Assembly (NCBI RefSeq): GCF_965216415.1
Contig: NZ_CBDCFU010000001.1
DNA: 64,000 nt
From: Marivita sp.
Lineage (GTDB): Bacteria; Pseudomonadota; Alphaproteobacteria; Rhodobacterales; Rhodobacteraceae
Direction: 5' to 3' (one strand)
Shown here: positions 57,766 to 64,000 of the stretch, in pieces
Layout: every line of letters begins with the position of its first letter
Position numbering within the stretch: position 1 is the first letter of the stretch
Translations under genes and position numbers: made by a program
Notes under the pieces: model-generated
Database searches by the model: none
What the model saw: the letters and a program-made list of their open reading frames with translations, nothing else
Told to the model about the DNA's origin: nothing

Positions 57766-58923
57766 TTGGGCATTTCAACCGACGAACTTAAGCAACGCAC
57801 CGAAAATCTTCGCAGCCGAATGAAGGCCGAAGGCTATGACGCGCTGATCATCTATTCCGACGAATATCGTTCGGGCCATTCGACCTATGTCACCAACTAC
57901 AAGCCGATAAACGTGATCGAAGAGTCGCCGCAATTGGTGCTGATTGTCGGTGACAATGCGCCGGTGGTCTTTCTTGGCCGTCTGAATGCCTATGCGGCCA
58001 AGGACATGTGCTGGATCGAGGATGTACGTGGCATCCATCGTCCCTATACGGACTTTCCTCAGGTTTTTGAGCCGATTGTCGGACAGGCTAGCAAAATCGG
58101 ACTGATCGGCAAGAACATCCTGCCCTTCGAAATCTATGAACAGCTTGTCCATGCCGTGCCGGAAGCGGCAATCGAGAACCGCGACGACATCATGCTTGAT
58201 CTGCGAAAGATCAAGACCTCTGACGAGATTGACTTGATGGAGCAGGCCGCCGAAATCAACGATACTGTGCTTAAGCGCGCCGCACGTGAGGTTAAGGTCG
58301 GCATGACCGAGATTCAGGTCGCCGGACTGGCCGAAGGCATCGCGCGCGAGATGAACGCGGATATCGGATCGGCCACCGTCGTCATGTCGGGCCCGAATAC
58401 AAACTACCCAGCCTGGCGGGCGACCGACCGCAAGATCCAGCCCGGCGAATACGTCATGCTCGATTTCAACCCCGCCATCGGCCACTACTGCAACGATGGC
58501 GGCATCACCATCCTGATGCCCGGTGCCGATCCCGAACAGGAACGCGCGCTGATCGTTGGCCACAAGGCCCTTAAAAAGGTGATTCCGACCATCCGGCCCG
58601 GCATCACCGCCCGATCGATTTTTGATACGCTTCTGAAAGAACTGGAGCCGCATGGCTTTGCTGACAATTTCACCCCTTATGCCAAAGGCTTGCGCGGTGT
58701 TGGACATGCGGTTGGCCTGGATGTTGTCGAACCGCCGAACCTAAGCTCGGACAGCGATTTCGAACTGGAGGCGGGCATGACGCTGGCCGTGAAGCTTGAT
58801 CTTCACGACTTGCCTGGCGGCGGCTACCGGATCGAAGTGGTGGTTGCTGTCACCGAAGATGGCGTGCGTCCGCTCAACAAACTGGTTCTCGAGGAGCCGG
58901 ATGATTTCGCCGTTCAGCGCTGA
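57766..58923 (+). CDS. M24 (pita-bread fold) hydrolase, Xaa-Pro peptidase/creatinase-like, atypical active site
   Basis: Creatinase-type N-domain; 'LDF...YCND', 'GHAVGLDVVE', 'LAVKLD', 'RIEVV'; TTG start. Confidence 0.8.
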   Translation: MGISTDELKQRTENLRSRMKAEGYDALIIYSDEYRSGHSTYVTNYKPINVIEESPQLVLIVGDNAPVVFLGRLNAYAAKDMCWIEDVRGIHRPYTDFPQVFEPIVGQASKIGLIGKNILPFEIYEQLVHAVPEAAIENRDDIMLDLRKIKTSDEIDLMEQAAEINDTVLKRAAREVKVGMTEIQVAGLAEGIAREMNADIGSATVVMSGPNTNYPAWRATDRKIQPGEYVMLDFNPAIGHYCNDGGITILMPGADPEQERALIVGHKALKKVIPTIRPGITARSIFDTLLKELEPHGFADNFTPYAKGLRGVGHAVGLDVVEPPNLSSDSDFELEAGMTLAVKLDLHDLPGGGYRIEVVVAVTEDGVRPLNKLVLEEPDDFAVQR

Positions 58924-59016
58924 ACCTTGCAGGTGAAGCGTCACAAACGCGTGAAACGCCGGTCGCAAGCCGGAGGAACAGGCGAAGAAACTAACTCAAA
59001 AGGGAGGAAATCCATC

Positions 59017-60000
59017 ATGATTAGAAGAACACTTTTCAAGACGCTCGGCGCGGCAGCTGTGCTTTCACTGGGAGCAATCGCCAATCCGGCATTGGCGCAG
59101 GACAAGACGATCCGTGTGGCCTCAGTCACAGGTCCCTCGCATCACCACAACGTTTCACTGCGCTGGTTCGCCGATCAGGTGGCCGCACGCGATGTGGGCC
59201 TCAACATCGAGGTTCTAGACGGCGCCCAATTGGGCGGAGAAAGGGACTATATTGAAGGCATGATGCTGGGCAGCATCCAGATGGCACAGGTGTCGACCGC
59301 GCCAGTCGCGGGATTCATACCGGAATTCGACCTGTTTAGTCTGCCCTACCTGATCCGCGACACCGAACACTTCAAAGCGGTCGTTTCGGGTCCCGTCGGC
59401 GAGAAATTTAATGCTCTGGCCGAAGACCGCGGTCTCAAAATCCTTGCGTGGTTCGACAATGGGTATCGCAATGTTTTTAACAAGGAACGCCCAATCGTGA
59501 CGCCTGAGGATATGGATGGGCTGAAAATTCGCGTGATGGAAAGCCCGCTGATGGTCAACACCGTTAATGCAATGGGCGGCTCGGCGACGCCGATGTCCTA
59601 TAGCGAACTTTACACTGCGCTTGAGCAGGGTGTGCTGGATGGCGGAGAAAATGCGGCCGGGAACGTACTGAACGATCGCTTCTACGAGGTCAGCAGCTAT
59701 CTGTCTATGACCCAGCATTTCCGCCCGCCGGGCATCGTGGCAATCAGCATGTCCACCTGGAACGGCCTGAGCGAAGAGCAGCAGCAGGCGCTGATTGAGG
59801 AAGGTGCACGGCTTCAGGAGTACGAAATTGCCCTGACTGCCGAAGTTGGCGCCGCCGCGCTGGCGGAACTCGAAGCCAAAGGCATGAAGATCAACGAGGC
59901 GGATGTTGGCGCCTTCCGCGACCGGATGGGCCCGGTCTACGAAGACTTCACGGCCAAGCACGGTGCAGAGCTGCTCGAAGCGGTTCAGAACACGCAATAA
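59017..60000 (+). CDS. dctP: TRAP transporter substrate-binding protein
   Basis: Signal peptide; 'DNGYRN', 'GLKIRV', 'YSELYTALEQGVLDGGEN'; GGAGG RBS. Confidence 0.92.
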   Translation: MIRRTLFKTLGAAAVLSLGAIANPALAQDKTIRVASVTGPSHHHNVSLRWFADQVAARDVGLNIEVLDGAQLGGERDYIEGMMLGSIQMAQVSTAPVAGFIPEFDLFSLPYLIRDTEHFKAVVSGPVGEKFNALAEDRGLKILAWFDNGYRNVFNKERPIVTPEDMDGLKIRVMESPLMVNTVNAMGGSATPMSYSELYTALEQGVLDGGENAAGNVLNDRFYEVSSYLSMTQHFRPPGIVAISMSTWNGLSEEQQQALIEEGARLQEYEIALTAEVGAAALAELEAKGMKINEADVGAFRDRMGPVYEDFTAKHGAELLEAVQNTQ

Positions 60001-60012
60001 CCACACCAACCA

Positions 60013-60046
60013 GCGCGGGCGGCAGTTTGCCGCCCACGCCTTTTCT
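60013..60046 (+). terminator. Intrinsic terminator-like hairpin after dctP
   Basis: gggcggca-gtt-tgccgccc followed by ttttct. Confidence 0.6.
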
Positions 60047-60103
60047 ATTTGCGACTCGTACCGCAGCCGCTCGCCAGATCCACGATCTTCAAGGAAATAC
60101 ATT

Positions 60104-60907
60104 ATGCTGCGCAAGCTTCTGATCACCGGCGCCAACGGAAACTTGGGGTCGATCTGCCGCCAGCGACTTGGCCATATTGCAGAAACCATCCGTTTGAATG
60201 CCCGGAAGGGGTTGGGTGACGCAGGTCCGAATGAAGAGATCGTTTATTGCGACCTGAGCGACAAGGCGGCTGTCGAGGCGATGGTCGACGGCTGCGACGG
60301 CATCGTTCATATGGGGGGGCGCGCGGTAGAGGGTCCGTGGGAGATGGTTAAGGCGGCCAATATCGATGGCATGTTCAATCTCTACGAAGGGGCGCGGAAT
60401 TCCTCGGTTCAGCCGCGCATATTCTTTGCAAGCTCTCACCATACGACTGGATTTCACACGCAGACGACGCGCCTTGACCCCAGTTCCACCCCGCCGCGTC
60501 CCGATGGTCTTTACGGAGTCTCAAAGGTATTTGGCGAGGCGCTGGCGCGGATGTATTTCGACAAGTTCGGAATCGAAACCGCCAGCGTGCGCATCGGCTC
60601 TTGTTTTCCCGAACCACCCAGCCACCGGATGCTGTCGTCCTGGCTGAGCGCAGATGACATGATCGCGCTGATCGAACGGATATTCAGCGTTCCACGGCTT
60701 GGCTGCCCGGTGCTGTACGGCGTGTCAAATAATGACGCCAGATGGTGGGACAACAGCAGCATCGATTATCTGGGCTGGCGCCCAAAGGACAACTCCGAAC
60801 GCTTCCGTGCCAAACTAAATGCCGAACAGACACCGCCGAGACGCGATGAGCCGGATGCGATCTATCAGGGTGGTCTGTTCTGCACAGATGGTATCCACGA
60901 AGAGTGA
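60104..60907 (+). CDS. udh: Uronate dehydrogenase (NAD-dependent, extended SDR)
   Basis: 'LITGANGNLG', 'ASSHHTTG', 'RPDGLYGVSK', 'RIGSCF', 'SSWLS'. Confidence 0.82.
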   Translation: MLRKLLITGANGNLGSICRQRLGHIAETIRLNARKGLGDAGPNEEIVYCDLSDKAAVEAMVDGCDGIVHMGGRAVEGPWEMVKAANIDGMFNLYEGARNSSVQPRIFFASSHHTTGFHTQTTRLDPSSTPPRPDGLYGVSKVFGEALARMYFDKFGIETASVRIGSCFPEPPSHRMLSSWLSADDMIALIERIFSVPRLGCPVLYGVSNNDARWWDNSSIDYLGWRPKDNSERFRAKLNAEQTPPRRDEPDAIYQGGLFCTDGIHEE

Positions 60908-60937
60908 TCCGGTGATCATGCAAGCAAAAGGAAGCGT

Positions 60938-61729
60938 ATGATGCGCGCTAACAGATTGAAACAGATTTGGGCCTCGGGTGGGGCTGCGGTGAATGGCTGG
61001 CTGGCCGTTCCGAATGGGTTTTCGGCTGAGACCATGGCCAATCAGGGCTGGGATTCTCTGACCGTCGATATTCAGCACGGAGTCGTCGATTATCAGGCCG
61101 CTGTCGCGATGCTGACCGCGATTTCCACGACCGAAACGGTGCCCGTTGTCCGCGTGCCCTGGCTAGACCCTGCGCACCTCATGAAGGCGCTTGATGCCGG
61201 CGCTTATGGAATAATCTGCCCGATGGTGAACACTCGTGAGGATGCCAAAAAACTTGTAGCCTACACCAAATACCCACCCCTTGGTACCCGAAGTTTTGGC
61301 CCGATCCGTGGACTTCTATATGGCGGTGCGGATTACCCCGAGCACGCCAACGACACCGTCGTCGTTTTTGCCATGATCGAAACGCAGCAGGGGCTGGATG
61401 AACTCGACGAAATCCTCGCGACCCCCGGTATTGATGCAGTCTATGTCGGCCCGTCCGATCTTTCGCTGGCTTTAGGCTGCCGCCCGACATTTGACGATGT
61501 GGATCCGCCCGTCGCCGAGGCCATCGCGCATATTGCCGCCAAAGCCAAAGAACGGGGCAAGGTCTGCGGGATACATAACGGAACACCCGAGGTCGCGCTA
61601 AGACGGATCGAGATGGGATACCAGTTTGTCACCATCTCGTCAGACGCACGTCTGATGGCGGCAGGATCGCAGGCGATTCTGAAGCGGATGCGCGCCATAC
61701 CAAGCGCATCACAGACATCCGGTTACTAA
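60938..61729 (+). CDS. garL: HpcH/HpaI aldolase (5-keto-4-deoxy-glucarate aldolase-like)
   Basis: 'VDIQHG', 'VRVPW', 'MIET', 'YVGPSDL'. Confidence 0.8.
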   Translation: MMRANRLKQIWASGGAAVNGWLAVPNGFSAETMANQGWDSLTVDIQHGVVDYQAAVAMLTAISTTETVPVVRVPWLDPAHLMKALDAGAYGIICPMVNTREDAKKLVAYTKYPPLGTRSFGPIRGLLYGGADYPEHANDTVVVFAMIETQQGLDELDEILATPGIDAVYVGPSDLSLALGCRPTFDDVDPPVAEAIAHIAAKAKERGKVCGIHNGTPEVALRRIEMGYQFVTISSDARLMAAGSQAILKRMRAIPSASQTSGY

Positions 61730-61753
61730 CCGTCCGGAGAAGAGGAGTAAGAC

Positions 61754-62641
61754 ATGAGCAAAGTAGGTTTCATCGGGCTGGGAATCATGGGCGCGCCTAT
61801 GGCAGGGCAATTGATTGAGGCGGGGCACGACGTGTTCCTGCATTCGCGTAGCGGTGTTCCGGGACATCTGACCGATGCTGGTGGTACGGCCTGTAAATCG
61901 CCGCAGGCGGTGGCCGAGGCATCAGACACGATCATCCTGATGGTGCCGGACACGCCGCATGTCGAAGCGGTCCTGTTCGCCGAAAGCGGCGTGTCTGCCG
62001 GGTTGAGCGCGGGGAAATGTGTGATTGACATGAGCTCGATATCACCGCTGGCAACCAAGGAATTTGCGCGAAAGATCAATGATCTGGAATGTGATTATGT
62101 AGATGCGCCTGTCTCCGGCGGAGAGGTCGGTGCCAAGGCGGCCAGCCTGACGATCATGTGCGGCGGGTCTGATGCGGGATTTGCGAGGGCGCTGCCGCTG
62201 CTGGAGCAGATGGGCAAAAATATCACCCATGTTGGCGACATTGGGAGCGGCCAGGTCTGTAAAGTCGCCAATCAGATCATCGTGGCGCTGAACATCGAAG
62301 CCGTCAGCGAGGCGCTGGTGTTCGCATCCAAGGCCGGAGCCGACCCGGAAAAGGTGCGTCAGGCGCTTATGGGGGGCTTTGCTTCGTCGAAAATCCTGGA
62401 AGTGCACGGCGAGCGCATGGTTAAACGCACTTTCGATCCTGGTTTTCGCATCGAATTACATCAAAAGGACCTTGGCCTCGCGCTCTCCAATGCCCGTCAA
62501 ATGGGGCTGAGCCTGCCAAACACCGCCACGGCGATGGAATTGTTCAACGCCTGCGTTGCCAATGGCGGGGCCGCGTGGGACCATTCCGGCATGATCCGAG
62601 CCCTTGAACTGATGGCCAGTCACGAAATCGGGCGCTCGTAA
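61754..62641 (+). CDS. garR: 2-hydroxy-3-oxopropionate (tartronate semialdehyde) reductase
   Basis: 'GFIGLGIMGAPMA', 'DAPVSGGE', 'CKVANQ', 'PGFRIELHQKDL'. Confidence 0.88.
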   Translation: MSKVGFIGLGIMGAPMAGQLIEAGHDVFLHSRSGVPGHLTDAGGTACKSPQAVAEASDTIILMVPDTPHVEAVLFAESGVSAGLSAGKCVIDMSSISPLATKEFARKINDLECDYVDAPVSGGEVGAKAASLTIMCGGSDAGFARALPLLEQMGKNITHVGDIGSGQVCKVANQIIVALNIEAVSEALVFASKAGADPEKVRQALMGGFASSKILEVHGERMVKRTFDPGFRIELHQKDLGLALSNARQMGLSLPNTATAMELFNACVANGGAAWDHSGMIRALELMASHEIGRS

Positions 62642-62644
62642 GCC

Positions 62645-64000
62645 ATGGCGCGCACGCCCCGCCTGATCCGCATGCATGCGTCAGATAACGTCGCTGTCGT
62701 TGCCAATGATGGCGGGCTGCCCGCAGGCACAGAGGTGGACGGATTGACACTGATCGACGACGTGCCGCAGGCCCACAAGGTGGCGCTGACCGATTTGAAA
62801 ATGGGAGATTCAGTAGTTCGTTACGGGGTCCTGATCGGGCATGCTGAACAGGCGCTGTCGGCCGGTGCCTGGGTGAATGAAACCAACCTCGCCATGCCCG
62901 CACCTCCGGATCTTTCCGATCTGACAATGCCCGCCAAAATGCTCGCCAACCCCAAACCTCTGGACGGATATACCTTTGAGGGGTTTCGCAATCGCGATGG
63001 CAGTGTCGGCACACGCAACATCCTCGCCATTACGAACACGGTGCAATGCGTTTCCGGTGTGGTCGAACATGCGGTGGATCGTATTCGGCGCGAGATGCTG
63101 CCCAAGTTTCCCAATGTCGATGATGTTGTTGCGTTGGATCATACTTATGGCTGCGGCGTTGCGATTGATGCGCCGGGCGCGGCTGTGCCGATCCGGACCC
63201 TGCACAACATCGCGCGCAATCCGAATTTTGCCGGATCGACAATGGTTGTCAGTCTTGGCTGCGAGAAATTGCAGCCAACCCGGCTGTTCCCTGAATTAAC
63301 CTTGGGCCCAGGCGCTGAAGACAGCCTTGTCACCCTTCAGGACGAAACCCACGTCGGTTTCGAGGCCATGATCGCTTCAATCCTCCGTTCGGCTGAAACC
63401 CACCTGTTTGCTCTGAACTCCAGGGTGCGCGAAACCTGCCCCGTGTCTGATCTGATTGTGGGCATGCAATGCGGTGGCAGCGATGCGTTGTCCGGTGTCA
63501 CCGCAAACCCCGCCCTTGGTGTCGCTGCGGACCTGATCGTGCGAGCGGGCGGCACGGTGCTGTTCTCCGAAGTGACAGAGGTGCGCGATGGTATTGATCA
63601 ACTGGTCTCGCGCGCTGCAGATGAGAAGGTGGCGAACGAACTCATTCGCGAAATGATCTGGTATGACGACTATCTTGCCGCGGGCGGTTCCGACCGCAGC
63701 GCCAACACGACACCCGGCAACAAGAAAGGCGGGCTGTCGAACATTGTTGAAAAGGCAATGGGCTCGATCAGCAAATCGGGGTCCATGCCAATATCCGGCG
63801 TTGTTCCCGCAGGCGAGCGCGCAACGCGCAAGGGGCTCTTGTTTGCCGCAACCCCTGCCTCTGATTTCATCTGCGGCACGTTGCAACTGGCCGCAGGGAT
63901 GAACCTGCATGTTTTCACCACCGGTCGGGGCACGCCCTATGGTCTAGCCGAGGTCCCTGTGGTCAAACTGGTCACACGCAGTGATTTGGCGCGGCGATGG
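62645..64000 (+). CDS. garD: Galactarate dehydratase (runs off window end)
   Basis: SAF domain 'DNVAVV...HKVAL', 'GTRNIL', 'HTYGCG', 'QCGGSD', 'PGNKKGGL'; open to base 64000. Confidence 0.88.
   Translation, partial: MARTPRLIRMHASDNVAVVANDGGLPAGTEVDGLTLIDDVPQAHKVALTDLKMGDSVVRYGVLIGHAEQALSAGAWVNETNLAMPAPPDLSDLTMPAKMLANPKPLDGYTFEGFRNRDGSVGTRNILAITNTVQCVSGVVEHAVDRIRREMLPKFPNVDDVVALDHTYGCGVAIDAPGAAVPIRTLHNIARNPNFAGSTMVVSLGCEKLQPTRLFPELTLGPGAEDSLVTLQDETHVGFEAMIASILRSAETHLFALNSRVRETCPVSDLIVGMQCGGSDALSGVTANPALGVAADLIVRAGGTVLFSEVTEVRDGIDQLVSRAADEKVANELIREMIWYDDYLAAGGSDRSANTTPGNKKGGLSNIVEKAMGSISKSGSMPISGVVPAGERATRKGLLFAATPASDFICGTLQLAAGMNLHVFTTGRGTPYGLAEVPVVKLVTRSDLARRW

Noticed and set aside
1-64000. 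CRISPR arrays, tRNA, rRNA, integrase/att sites, defence systems
   Set aside because: No regularly spaced repeats or recognisable motifs seen by eye

Overview
Alphaproteobacterial (Rhodobacteraceae-like; inferred from gene content and promoter style) accessory DNA, possibly plasmid or chromid. It is a mosaic of four modules whose joins carry decayed IS elements. (A) 1-6400: 3' part of an ASPIC/UnbV protein, a ytfQRT-yjfF-type sugar ABC transporter and a FadR-type regulator. (B) ~7100-41200: a stress island with CDF exporter, split LigD (PE, dead ligase, polymerase), APC permease, dodecin, TrkH/TrkA, Na/Ca antiporter, DegP, an orphan flavin disulfide reductase, FNT channel, a fadE-thiolase-fadJ-CoA transferase operon, DUF318 permease, SLC13 permease, a DUF2795/C2H2-zinc-finger operon, a PRC-barrel protein and a TrkA-C membrane protein. 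Read by eye, most transcription units in B are headed by a sigma-EcfG general-stress-type promoter (GGAAC-N16/17-CGTT): 7 exact and 6 near-exact copies. Three put the ATG exactly 8 nt after the -10 box with no Shine-Dalgarno. (C) 41850-53800: TRAP-glcG-matB, class V aminotransferase, FAD/Fe-S oxidoreductase, GntR, a crotonase lacking both catalytic Glu, and a CaiB CoA-transferase; this looks like an unassigned catabolic pathway with no matA. (D) 54700-64000: LacI-controlled TRAP plus oxidative uronate pathway (udh, garL, garR, garD) containing an atypical M24 hydrolase. No rRNA, tRNA or CRISPR array was seen. All family calls are by motif recognition, without database searches.
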